Below are positions 13,387 through 25,769 of a stretch of 64,000 nt of DNA, in pieces. The DNA lies in contig NC_043006.1 in the NCBI RefSeq assembly GCF_006345805.1, positions 21,452,001 to 21,516,000 on the forward strand, read 5' to 3'. The position numbers were made by a program, and so were the translations under genes. Source of the DNA: Octopus sinensis. Taxonomy: Eukaryota. The notes under the pieces were generated by a model. That model did no database searches. It had not been told where the DNA came from and saw only the letters and a list, made by a program, of their open reading frames with translations. How positions within the stretch are numbered: the stretch's first letter is position 1; each line of letters starts with the position of its first letter.

Positions 13387-13873
13387 GTACATTGTTTTGT
13401 CTTGGTATAAAAGATGGGCTACAGCAAATATTCTGCTCAATACCACAGATTTGCTTGTCAGTTGTTTGACCTTAACCAGTTGAGCATGTCCCTTAGTGGC
13501 TGACGATACGTGCATCTCTGATCGCGAGCAGAAGTAGTGGGGGAGCATCATAGCCATGTGTTGAGAAGGATTCTTTGGGGTTTGAATAATTCACCTCTGG
13601 AAACATGGGTGTTTCGTTCAACGTCCTTAAACAACCCTTATTCAGGGACCTTTTGAGCGGGATGGGTTACTCGATCTGAAGAAAATTCTAACTGGGCCCC
13701 ACCTGCAAGGTCATGTGCTGTTTATCTTGATATGAGATCACCATGTCGCGCACATATGGTTGTGATGCATGTGCCTGGTGTACCTTTATCAGACGGGTAG
13801 TCATGATGGGTATACTGGGCTTCGTATATTTTACCCCAGTGTCACTTTGATGGCATGCTCTGCTCGCTCACTC
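13387..13873 (+). mobile_element. Unclassified (AAT)n-embedded retroposon-like repeat, copy 1
   Basis: Colinear with 51542-52027; same 3' end followed by (AAT)n; shorter at the 5' end than copy 2. Confidence 0.75.
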
Positions 13874-13926
<53 letters not shown>

Positions 13927-14418
13927 TATGTTTCTAATTTAGGCACATGATTGGAAATTTTAAGGAGAAGCATTAATCGGTAAATTTGACCCTAGTGCTA
14001 GATTGGTATTTATTTTTATAGACCGCAGAAAGATGAACAACTCAGACATTGTTCGTAGATTTTTCTTTAGTTTCTTATTATTCTATGGACACTCTTCTAA
14101 ACTCCCCGGAACTTTTGCCATTGTTGCGTGATTGTAACCAATTACTTAAAATTTTCTTCGATTCACAGAATTCATACCCTTTTCCACACTTTCAAATTTT
14201 AGTTTAACCCTTCCTTCGTTTTTTGTTTTTTTTTTTGTTTTTTTTAATCGATCTCACACCCTTACTACTTTTTCACGCACCTTTCTTTTTCTAAACCATG
14301 TGTTTATCAATACTCTATTTCCTGTCATTCACACGCGCTTTCATCTCTTTATATGCACGGTTTCACACCACCCACTAAACGATTACATACATTGACATTG
14401 ACATTACATACATTGACT

Positions 14419-14670
14419 AAAGCGGCGAGCTGGCATAAGGCGGCGAGCTGGCAGAATCGTTAGCACGCCGGGCGAAATGCTTATCGGTATTTCGTCTGCC
14501 GCTACGTTCTGAGTTCAAATTCCGCCGAGGTCGACTTTGCCTTTCATCCTTTCGGGTTCGATTAAATAAGTACCAGTTACGTACTGGGGTCGATATAATC
14601 GACTTAATCTGTTTGTCTGCCATTGTTTGTCCTCTCTGTGTTTAGCCACTTGTGGGCAGTAAAGAAAGAG
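14419..14670 (+). mobile_element. SINE family M with duplicated head and 15-bp TSD
   Basis: TSD ATTACATACATTGAC at 14403-14417 and 14671-14685; head GCGGCGAGCTGGCA occurs twice. Confidence 0.9.
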
Positions 14671-15277
14671 ATTACATACATTGACATACATATGTATCAG
14701 CAACCATACACCCACTAACCAATGCCATACTTTCATGCTTGTACACCACTGTTCACACACTACATCTCACTAACACACACATATCGCTCCCCTTAATCCC
14801 GTTTCCAGACACAACCACACTCTTATACATGCATAAACACACACACACACACACTCACACCATGCACACACACAGACACACACACACATATACACACACA
14901 CATTCCTCGCTTTTTAACTTCATTTGTAGAATAGCATTCTCACCTGGTTTCTGGCTCTTCTCCTAGATTTTTTTCAATGTCTATTTATCTTTCCGAATCT
15001 TGCAAGATTTCTCTCCTTTTTCTTCCGATTAATGAAAAAAAAATGCGAAGTTTCGTAATCATAGAGACTATTGAATTCGCCCGGCGTGCTAACGTTTCTG
15101 TCAGCTCGCTGCCTTCATAATGCATTCAATAGTCTCTATGATTACGTAATTTCCCTTTAAATCTTAATTCAATGCCCTATTTGTCATACTGTGTTCTTCA
15201 TGTGTTGTTCATTTAGGGATTCATTGTATATGCACCATGTGTGTGTGCGCATGCGCGGGCTGAATGTGTGCGTGTTT

Positions 15278-15898
15278 GTCGGAACATGCGGAACATGTAT
15301 ATCCTACATAGTGGTGATCAGTCGGAACATGTATCTCCTACATAATGGTGATCAGTCGGAACATGTATACCCTACATAATGGTGATCAGTCGGAACATGT
15401 ATCTCCTACATAATGGTGATCAGTCGGAACATGTATACCCAACATAATGATGATCAGTCGGAACATGTATATCCTACATAATGATGATCAGTCGGAACAT
15501 GTATATCCTACATAATGATGATCAGTCGGAACATGTATACCCTACATAATGATGATCAGTCGGAACATGTATCTCCTACATAATGGTGATCAGTCGGAAC
15601 ATGTATACCCAACATAATGATGATCAGTCGGAACATGTATATCCTACATAATGATGATCAGTCGGAACATGTATACCCTACTTAATGGTGATCAGTCGGA
15701 ACATGTATACCCAACATAATGATGATCAGTCGGAACATGTATACCCTACATAATGATGATCAGTCGGAACATGTATATCCTACATAATGGTGATCAGTCG
15801 GAACATGTATATCCTACATAATGGTGATCAGTCGGAACATGTATACCCTACTTAATGATGATCAGTCGGAACATGTATATCCGACATAATGGTGATCA
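15278..15898. repeat. 34-bp minisatellite, 17 full units plus one partial
   Basis: Unit GTCGGAACATGTATATCCTACATAATGATGATCA starting at 15321 and recurring every 34 bp; no spacers. Confidence 0.95.
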
Positions 15899-16056
15899 GG
15901 ATATTGTCATGTAACGTGTTTGGTACATTATTATAACATTTCTTATCCGCTAGGTGTCAGTATAATGCTCAGATGATGTGACTGCTAAATCGATAGTGTC
16001 TTTACACATATTCAGAATTGGCTAGAAGGAAGCCGCCGGAAATAATGCATTCAATA

Positions 16057-16289
16057 TATTTCTTTACTGCCCACAAGGGGCTAAACATAGAGGGGATAAA
16101 CAAGGACAGACAAAGTGATTAAGTCGATTACATCGACCCCAGTGCGTAACTGGTACTTAATTTATCGACCCCGAAAGGATGAAAGGCAAAGTCGACCTCG
16201 GCGGAATTTGAACTCAGAACGTAACGGCAAACGAAATACGGCTACACATTTCGCCCGGCGTGCTAACGTTTCTGCCAGCTCACTGCCTT
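16057..16289 (-). mobile_element. SINE family M with 15-bp TSD
   Basis: TSD ATAATGCATTCAATA at 16042-16056 and 16291-16305. Confidence 0.9.
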
Positions 16290-16509
16290 CATAATGCATT
16301 CAATAGTCTCTATGATTACGTAATCTGGACTTGATGTTAATACCTTGTTTGCATTTTTTTTTCTGAATATTAAAAGCTAGGCAATCGTCCTGTGCATTTA
16401 AAATTCAACCTTCTGCTTCAGCTTGTAGACCAGAACATTTGAGCCATTCTTCTCCTTCACTCTGGTTTACTTTGTCTGTGTCGAGTCTTGCGGGCTACTG
16501 GCCTTGAAA

Positions 16510-16872
16510 CAACACATCAGTAGCATGAGAGAAGTTGCATCTCAGGAACATCAAAGAGTGGAAAAACTCCTCAATCCACACATGGGAATGTGGTGCAACA
16601 TACACCAACCTAAGAAACAGACTACACACAATTTCCAAGCATCCAACGATCAGTCGGATGATGTTCCTACATTATACGGGTTACGCAAAGATCATAAATA
16701 CTACATAAACCCTGTCTTGGGGCCCCAACCCGACCAGTTTAAGGAGCGAATATCTCCAACAATTATAGACTGTCCTACTTTCTCTCACGGGTATTACGAC
16801 CTGTCATAGATATGTCACCAGATGTCTGTGTGAGTACAGAAGATCTCCTCAGTAAAATCAGTACTTGCAACC
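16510..16872 (+). mobile_element. Penelope-like element reverse transcriptase fragment (Neptune-like), frameshifted
   Basis: VPTLYGLRKDHK, then after a frameshift PTRPV*GANISNNYRLSYFLSRVLRPVI..VCVSTEDLLSKI, matching the PLE RT P.LYGLPK.HK...RPIV region. Confidence 0.75.
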
Positions 16873-16879
16873 ACTACAG

Positions 16880-19680
16880 GTGAAAAGTTGATACCAGATA
16901 AGATTGAAAGTCAAAGGTTTTGGAGTGACATCAGGAGCAAAAACAATAAGCACAAGGAGGATGTTGAATGGTTGCAAGAACTGAAACAAACAGTAGTCTG
17001 TCCAAAACAGGCAGAACTAGTCATTTCAGTTAGGGAAGTAAAAGAAATCTCTCTCTATATAAACGGCAGTTTGTCTGTGCGTTTTCTGTGTGTCTGTTTT
17101 CTCGTACCCTCACTCTGACCACGGCTTTCAACCGTTTCTGATGAAACTTGACACACACATAGTCCAATGTCATAATTCAAAACTAACGCAGCGAAAATTT
17201 TGAAAAGTTCCCCCAGTTCTGAAAAAAATCGATAAATTCGACATGGGGTCGAGAATCTGAAACCCAAACCACAGACCGTCTAGGGGACGCAACTCCACCT
17301 TTTTTAACTCTCAAAAAAAATTTACCATCATTTTTTTTCCATTTTTTTGCTATTTTTTGGCTATAACTCTCTAAAAATGCTTTATAGTTATTTCCCTTAC
17401 AAACCTGAGCAACGCCGGGCGATACTGCTAGTCAGTAATAAAAACATGAGTAACTGGAAGGCCCCGGAACCCGATGGAGTTCAAGGCTACTGGATCAAAA
17501 GATTTGGCGAATGTGAGCAACTCAACACCTTCTTAAATGCCGACTAAGCAACACCAGTGTGGTTGACATTGGGTAGGACAGTGCTGTGCCTGAAAAACAT
17601 CGAAAAAGGTAATACGGTAGGCAATTACAGGCCGATATCCTGTTTGCCACTTATGCGGAAGTTATTGACTGGAATACCCGCAGAGTCAATGTACGAACAT
17701 TTAGAAAAAATGTAGTCCTGCCACATGGGCAGAAGGGTTGCAAACGTAAGTGCAGAGGTACCAAGGATCAACTCCTGATAGATAAAACTGTACTTAGAGA
17801 CTGCAAGAGGAGGAAAAGTAACTTAGCTATGTCATGGATCGACTATCGTAAGGTGTACGATATCATCCCACATTCTTGGATTATGGAGTGTATGAACCTA
17901 TTTGGGATTGCATCGAATGTTGAGCGATTGCTTGGGAAAAGTATGGCAAATTGGATGACGGACCTGACAGCACATGAAGAAGTTTAGGGACAGTAGAAAT
18001 TAAGAGTGGCATCTTCCAAGGAGACTGCCTGTCCCCACTGATCTTTGTACTGTGCTTGATACCACTGACACTGATTCTGAGAAAAGCAAAAACTGTGTAT
18101 GTATTCAAAAGCCGCCAATAAAAAGTCAACCATTTGTTATTCATGGATGACCTGAAACTTTATAGTGAAGATGAAGTCCAAGTCAGTTCCCTCGTTGATA
18201 CGGTGTATACCTTCAGTGTTGATATCAGAATGGAGTTTGGACTGAGAAAGTGTGGTGTATCAATTAGTCTTGAAGAGGAGCAAAATCAAATGTATGGACG
18301 GGCTAACGATATTGTTGAGGGAGGTTATGAAGCAGATAGAAGAGACGGGCTATAAGTTCTTGGGGATTTGGGAAATGGATAAATTGGTGGCGAAAGAAAT
18401 GGCAGAAAAATTTAAGGTGGAATACTTGCGCAGACTGAGACTGATACTTAAATCGAAATTAAACAGACGGAATAAGATCGAAGCTATCAACACCTGGGCG
18501 GTTTCACTCCTTAGATATGGAGCAGCAGTAATCGCATGGACAGTAGACGAATTAAACAGCTTAGACAGAAAGACAAGGAAGTTGCTATGTAGATATGGGT
18601 CACTCCACCCAAAAAGTGACAGACAGACTGTATGTACCAAGAAAAAGAGCGGGGAGAGGACTTATTGGGTGTGAACACAGCATTAGAGCAGATGAAAACA
18701 ACATAGTATGGTATGGAGAAAATTCAACAGAACCGCTATTACTGGAGGTAAGAAGGTCAGGCTTGAGTAGGATGAAAGATTGTAAAGATAAATCACTATA
18801 CAAGAAATTGAAAACGAATGAAACTGAAAATAGGTGGGTAAAGAAAATGATTCATGGTCAATTTCATAGGGATGTTGAAGGTAAGACAGACAGAGAAAAA
18901 AGATGGCTGTGGATGACTAAAAGTGATTTAAAACCGGAAACGGTGGCTCTAATCTGTGCTTCCCAAGAGCAAGGACTAAGAACAAACTACATAAAATACA
19001 GAATAGACAACACAGCAGCAACTGATAAGTGCAGAATCTGTGGACAAAACGGTGAAACCGTATGGCATATTACCAGCCAATGTATGCCACTAGCCCAGAA
19101 GGAATATAAGAGACGTCACGATAATATAGCCAGGCTTGTCCACTGGACACTTTGCCACAAGTATGGACTTGACAGAGCCAAAAATTGGTACGACTACAAA
19201 CCTGAAGGCATTGTGGAAAATAGAATTGGAAAAATCCTATGGGTTTTATGATTCAGTGCGACCATGAGATAAAGAATAGGAAGCCAGGTATAGTATTAAT
19301 TGAGAAAGAAAACAAACTATGCTGGATCATAGATATAGCATTCCCAGCTGACAAGGTATGCGATAAGAAAGAAAGAAAAGTCGAGAGGTATGACAGGTTA
19401 GCTTGGGAAGTTAAGCAGTTGTGGTCGATGAAAAAGGTAGCAGTAATACCAATAATTGTCGGAGCCCTGGGAACAGTGAGCAAAAATCTCAAGAATTACG
19501 TGGAACAAATATGGGCTGCAATAAGAATGGAGCACTTGCAGAAAACAGCACTGCTTGGAACCGCTCGAATATTCCGGAAGATGCTCGAAAAATAAGAGGT
19601 GTTACTTTAGTTCGCTGCTATTGAGCAGCTGACACTGTAGTACATCTCCAGCGTTAGAAGCTGTGCAAAGGTGATAAAAG

Positions 19681-19740
<60 letters not shown>
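16880..19740 (+). mobile_element. R4/Dong-clade non-LTR retrotransposon (RT + CCHC + restriction-like endonuclease), 5'-truncated and decayed, with (AAT)n tail
   Basis: [92 protein letters not shown]; stop at 19595; (AAT)n at 19681-19740; several stops and frameshifts. Confidence 0.92.
17048..17431 (+). mobile_element. Non-autonomous Helitron nested in the Dong-like LINE
   Basis: A|TC start, CC(T/C)GAGCAACGCCGGG hairpin, CTAG|T end, no TSD; removing it restores the LINE frame EVKEISNKNMSNWKAP. Confidence 0.85.
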
Positions 19741-19741
<1 letters not shown>

Positions 19742-20200
19742 AAGAAATTAAAAAAATAAAAATAATAATAATAATAATAATAATGGAAATGTAGATGGTG
19801 GGAGTGGGGCTAGTAGTACTAGTGGAGAAAGAAGAAGAAGAAGAAGAAGAAGAAGAAGAAGAAGAAGAAGAAGAAGAAGAAGAAGAAGAAGAAGAAGAAG
19901 AAGAAGAAGAAGAAGAAGAAGAAGAAGGAAGATAAGAAAAAGGTGAAGGAGATCAGGAAGAAAAAAGAAGAGAAAACATGGAGTGGAAGGAGGAGGAGAA
20001 CGATCAGCTAAAACCAATAACATTAATCAGAGATTTACATAAGAGCCACCCATACAAACATTTCGGTTTAGACGAATCATCGGCTAAAAGACGGGGAAAT
20101 GAAGATAAGGTAATACTCCAGCTATTCCAGCTACTATATATATATAGGAAACTATTACTGGCCTTCGAAAATCACAATTTCGAAGCTGATATAACTAGAA

Positions 20201-20593
20201 CTAGCAGTATCGCCCGGCGTTGCTCGGGTTTGTAAGGGAAATAACTATATTAGGATTTTTAGAGATGTAAAGTATAATAGCCATCTCAATATGGCAAACC
20301 ACAAAGGGGGGGGGTGTTACTGTAGCTTTTTACGTTCTGAGATTTAATAATACATTTTTAGAGAGTTACTTCCTTTATATAATAGCAAAAAAAATGCATT
20401 AAAAATGGGAAAGAATGATGGTAATTTTTTTTTTTTAATCGTAGATTCGCGCTAATACCCAGAAGGGCTCGATATGAATGACGACTGTAAGATACCCGCT
20501 TTTGGTTACACTGCACCGCAAAATGTGGGAGTAGTTAGGAATCTAAATCGTCGGAGACAGACTCTCACACAACTTTAGTTTTATATATAAAGA
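20201..20593 (-). mobile_element. Non-autonomous Helitron
   Basis: CTAGCAGTATCGCCCGGCGTTGCTCGGG is the reverse complement of the 3' end of 17048-17431; the other end TATATAAAGA|T matches the copy at 49666. Confidence 0.85.
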
Positions 20594-20705
20594 TATACCT
20601 ACTCCTCATACAAAGAAGACGGAGACTGGTACTTGTAAGTCTGTGTGTGCGTGTGTGTTTGTGTGTGCATCTGTGTGTGTGTGTCTACACATATTTTTTT
20701 TTGTT

Positions 20706-21108
20706 TTACTCTCTCTTTTACTTGTTTCAGTCATTTGACTGCGGCCATGCTGGAGCACCGCCTTTAGTCGAGCAACTCGACCCCGGGACTTATTCTTTTT
20801 CTAAGCCCAGTACTTATTCTATCGGTCTCTTTGCCGAACCGCTAAGTAACGGGGACATAAACACACCAGCATCGGTTGTCAAGCAATGCTAGGGGGCCAA
20901 ACAGAGACACACAACATATATATATATATATATATACATATATACGACTGGCTTCTTTCAGTTTCTGCCTACCAAATCCACTCACAAGACTTTGGTCGGC
21001 CCGAGGCTATAGTAGAAGACACTTGCCCAAGGTGTCACGCAGTGGGACTGAACCCGGAACCATGTGGTTGGTAAACAAGCTACTTACCACACAGCCACTC
21101 ATGCGCCT
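20706..21108 (-). mobile_element. SINE family C (CORE-like)
   Basis: Reverse complement of tRNA-like head GTGGCTGTGTGGTAAG..GGTTCAGTCCC and CORE-like CCTTGGGCAAGTGTCTTC, with internal (TA)/(TG) tract. Confidence 0.85.
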
Positions 21109-21470
21109 ATATGAATATAAATATAAAAAAGCATCAAAGATCCTTCCAGGGCCATAGACTTATAGGTACGGTTTCCAGGATTCTGTGGCGTGTATATTTC
21201 ACCACTGGACGGGACGCCAGTCCGTCTACGGATTATTCATGTTAGCCAGCTGAATAAACTGGAGTATCGTGAGATGAAGTGTTTTGCTAACAAAATACAG
21301 AATGTATTCTCCGGTCCAGGAAATGTAACCACATTATTGTGATCATGATTGTACTACCCTAACCAGTAAATAATGCACATCCACTATAGAAACAACTATA
21401 CATACACACATTTCTACATACATATATGTGTGTGTATGTATATATATACATAAATATATATATATATATA

Positions 21471-21658
21471 TTGGCAATTTTTTTCCCTCTGTCTTCCGTT
21501 CTCTGGATCTTTCCTTCTCCTGTGTTTCCGACGAAGAGCTCCGCTCGAAATGTTAAACCCTCCTTCTTTCCTTCTTTCCTGAGTGTCCAATAATACAATA
21601 TTTGTTCCACGTCCTCGTGTTGTTGTGTTTTTTTTTGTGCTTTCTTGTTTGGATTAAC
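21471..21658 (+). mobile_element. (TA)n-embedded element family A with hammerhead-like motif (PLE pseudo-LTR-like)
   Basis: GTTT CCGACGA A GAGC TCC GCTC GAAA TG TT AAAC at 21524-21558; 3' end GGATTAAC|TATATA; five copies in the window. Confidence 0.7.
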
Positions 21659-21694
<36 letters not shown>

Positions 21695-23159
21695 TACATA
21701 TATATTCAATTATATATGTGTGTGTGCATACATGCATATATATATATATATAATATATATATATATGTATGTATGTATGTATATATATGTGTGTATGTAT
21801 GTATATATGGATGGATGGATGGATATATGCATACATGTATTCCTACATATACGAATACGTAGTAGCTACTTGCATTTACGGATAGATAGAGAGTGTGATA
21901 ATATTTGATTTGGTTATGTTTTCCATACGAAAGCAAAACATTATTCGGTGACACAACACGATATTAAACAAAATAAATATATTAAATTAGATATCCTGTA
22001 TCTATTTCCGGATGACTATTCTGGTGATTCTTGTGTTGATTCTTGTGTTAACCTACGATAAGAATCAACAGGTTATTCGGAGATATTTGTAACGATAGTC
22101 AACATTTCCTTCTGGGAGATCTGATTAGCATTCAGGGTATATAAATATCCTCTAAGGTATACAAATATCCTTCAGAGTATGTCAAATCTAGAATATATTT
22201 CGTAAACACAAATCAATACCAAACAAAATCTTTCTATGCGCTAATTTAAAGATAAACTAGACGCAAACATAAGTCGTTGGTTTGAATGATCACCAACAAC
22301 GCAAACTCATTTTCTGTATTACACAATCAGATTATTGGGCTCTTGATACTGTGTCTCATATAGTGACAATGTAGGTTGTTACCACGCCGAACAAAATTCT
22401 TAGCAGCCTTTCTTCTTTTACCTGTATCAGTCCTCAGAGTGCAGCCATGCTGGGACACTAACTGGAAGTATTTTTTTTATACCACTTTGTTTTTATACCA
22501 TTTTGTATAAATAGAATGCTGAGAGCAAACCAGAGAGTTTTTCAACGTTCTTGGAGAGTAAATATAAAGCAGACAGATTTTAAGATATTCTTTAAATGAA
22601 CAGAATTGTTTCACCAGCACCAAATACAGTTTCAGCGATGGGAAAATACATAGAACTAAAACAACTCCCAGAACATGACTATGAAATCCACATCTTGAAA
22701 ATAATTTCTCTTCCAGAACAAAGGTTCACTGTGTGTTTCAAAAAGGTCAAAGATTTTGAAAGACATTTAATGCTATTAACATTTAACGCTACTTGGCTGT
22801 TTGATTTCAATATGTACCAAACTCCAACAGTGGAAGCGACCGGCGACTTATCTGAAAACCCTACAGTAACAAGTGGAGCACCATCCAGAAGTCTCTTTGG
22901 TACTTTTTTCTATCTGCTGTTACTTATAGTTAAATGTGTAGAAATTGCTATCGCTCGGAATAATTTAATTATTGGCTTCGTATCAAGGAGAGTACAGTAT
23001 CTGTGTAAGTGTGTGCGTGTGTGGGTGTACGCGCGCACATGTACGCGCTATTCTAGAACTGCCGTTTCAACATTGAAGATTCCAAACTTGGTGCTGATCT
23101 CAGAAGAATCTTACTGGGTGATTCTGTTAGAATTCTCCAGCCCCTGGGAAGGATATTGA

Positions 23160-23420
23160 GAAGGAAAGCGAAAGAAATAGATTGAATTATGTTAAGGAGA
23201 TGGAGCTATGCCAAAGCAATAGATGTCAAAGAAGGTTTACAAACCAGTCCCTCAGCAGAACCTACGACATGTTGGACATCGTAGGTATCAGTTGACGAGG
23301 GGCCTTCAAGTTGGCTATAAATGTAGCAAAGATTTCTTCAAGATGCTTGTGGATCAGAAGTAAGTGAAAGCCCTGGTAAGAGATCGTGCTACATGGCTGG
23401 AATAGTGCTAAATGAACACA
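23160..23420 (+). mobile_element. Possible decayed RTE-like LINE 3' fragment
   Basis: MPKQ..KKVYKP..LRHVGHRR..KALVRDRATW resembles the RTE C-terminus. Confidence 0.35.
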
Positions 23421-23834
23421 AACTGGGACTTGATCAACCCTGGCAGGAAATCCTAAATCCGATTTCTTAAAGACTCGAAATGCCCAAAGAGTCATCTTTG
23501 ATGATATATCCAAGTGCATCTCAAAATGATGAATGACCAAAAACTATTCGTTAACATGTATGGTTAAGATTAACTATAATTTTGTGCCTTGTCACCATCG
23601 ACAAATTTTTTTACAACATTCTTAATAATGTGCATTTTAATGAAATTTTCTGGACATACACTTGGAAGATGTTGATGATGATACTCTGGATAAAAATATT
23701 TTGAATTTTAGTTGCTCAGAAAACGAGCTCATATCCCATCCGTTTTAAAATATGTATATAATCATTCCACAACATGAAAATGTATGTTGTTTACGTCATA
23801 AGAATCGATATACTTCAAGAGAATGTGAAATAAT

Positions 23835-24328
23835 TCTTTTTTGAAAAAGTGGATCTCAAAGCAGATAAAGCTATAAATAATAGCGTTTAAATATTAAGTC
23901 AAAAATCCCTTCGGATAGATAAAGTTGAAGACTGCCCGTTGGACACGATCCCTTATTTCCTGCTAACGTAATTGGCGCTCAACCTCGTGTAGCCTTTCAC
24001 CTTTTTTCTATCCAAAGAGCTTTGTTAAACAAATATTTATACGTTTTATTTATAGCTTCATCTGCTTTGAGTTCCACCGTTCTTAAAAAGGAATTAAAAT
24101 GTATGACATTAAGCTAATTAATATTATTCATTATCAACATGAAATTCGAAGGCATGATGAAAGAATTTCCGAGTGTACGTTTAACCTTCTATAAGATAAA
24201 CCGGAAGTACTCAATAATTTGAATAATTTCCATCTGTGCTGTTACAGACTAAATATGAACAGATATATTTTTTATCATGCCTTCAAATTTCAAGTTGATA
24301 ATGATTATTATCAATCAGAATAATGTCA
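23835..24328. repeat. Two adjacent degenerate fold-back elements (about 23835-24095 and 24104-24328)
   Basis: GTGGATCTCAAAGCAGATAAAGCTATAAATAA versus TTATTTATAGCTTCATCTGCTTTGAGTTCCAC; TCATTATCAACATGAAATTCGAAGGCATGAT versus ATCATGCCTTCAAATTTCAAGTTGATAATGA. Confidence 0.75.
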
Positions 24329-24804
24329 GATATTTAATGATGCGCAATAATTTTGAACAAGTTGCAGAATACTAAAAATAGTTCTTTTATCTTATATATT
24401 TTACTTCTTTCGATCGTTAGATTGTGGTTATGCTGAAGCATGGTCTTCCAAGATTTAGTCGAACAAATCGACCTCAGAACTTGCTTTTAAAATCTGCTAC
24501 TTATCCTACCTGTTTTCCGTTTTCCAAACCGCTAAGTCACAGTGAGAGAAACAAACAAAAACTAACTGTCAGAGTGCAAACATAAAGACCTACGCACATA
24601 GATATATACAAATATACAACGGGTTTCTTTCAGTCACCTTCTGCCAAATCCACACACAAGGCTTTGGTCGTTCCGGGGATAAAATAGAAAATATGTATCT
24701 ATAAGTGAGACTGAACACAGAACTATATCGACTTCATTCTTTTCAGAGAAGAAAAGAATGTGTTTACAATTTTTCGAGAATTTTATTTTTCATAATCATT
24801 ATAT

Positions 24805-25220
24805 AGGCGCAGGAGTGGCTGTGTGGTAAGTAGCTTGCTAACCAACCTCATGATTCCGGGTTCAGTCCCACTGCGTGGCATCTTGGGCAAGTGTCTTCTG
24901 CTATAGCCCCGGGCCGACCAATGCCTTGTGAGTGGATTTGGTAGACGGAAACTGAAAGAAGCCTGTCGTATATATGTATATATATATATATATGTATGTG
25001 TGTTTGTGTGTCTGTGTTTGTCCCCCTAGCATTGCTTGACAACCGATGCTGGTGTGTTTACGTCCCCGTCACTTAGCGGTTCGGCAAAAAGAGACCGATA
25101 GAATAAGTACTGGGCTTACAAAGAATAACTATCGGGGTCGATTTGCTCGACTAAAGGCGGTGCTCCAGCATGGCCGCAGTCAAATGACTGAAACAAGTAA
25201 AAGAGAAAAGAGAAAAAGAG
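24805..25220 (+). mobile_element. SINE family C (CORE-like), full length; older minus copy at about 24401-24725
   Basis: AGGCGCAGGAGTGGCTGTGTGGTAAG head; TTGGGCAAGTGTCTTC; GAAACAAGTAAAAGAG tail. Confidence 0.88.
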
Positions 25221-25513
25221 ATATATGTTTTAGAAAACATGAAAAAACGTATTTCTACAGAATTTCATTGCAAAACATATATATATATATATATTATTAG
25301 AAACGTTATTAGAGAACAAAGACAGAGAAGCTGCAGTTATGCAATAAAATCTGTATGTGTACGAGTAAAAATAAAGTGTGTTGGTGTGTAATTTTGAATA
25401 CTAACTAATCTGAGTTTGTGAGCAGCAATGATCTTCTATTGTCACGTGGCAAAGTAACAGTCGTTTCTGCGTATCTGCTTTAGATGCAGTGCGGTACAAG
25501 GAATGGAAGTAAA

Positions 25514-25720
25514 GGTACTTTATTTATCGACCCCGAAAGGATGAAAGGCAAAGTCGACCTGAGTTCAAATTCCGCCGAGGTCGACTTTGCCTTTCATCCT
25601 TTCGGGGTCGATAAATAAAGTACCATTTACGCACTGGGGTCGATGTAATCGACTTAATCCCTTTGTCTGTCCTTGTTTGTCCCCTCTGTGTTTAGCCCCT
25701 TGTGGGTAGTAAAGAAATAG
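25514..25720 (+). mobile_element. 5'-truncated SINE family M with fold-back 5' end
   Basis: 25514-25560 is the exact reverse complement of 25578-25624. Confidence 0.9.
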
Positions 25721-25769
25721 ATAAGGCTAATTTAACTACACTACCGATTAATATACATATGTGGGGGGG

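Noticed and set aside
15278-15898. CRISPR array
   Set aside because: Units are contiguous with no unique spacers, there are no cas genes, and the context is eukaryotic.
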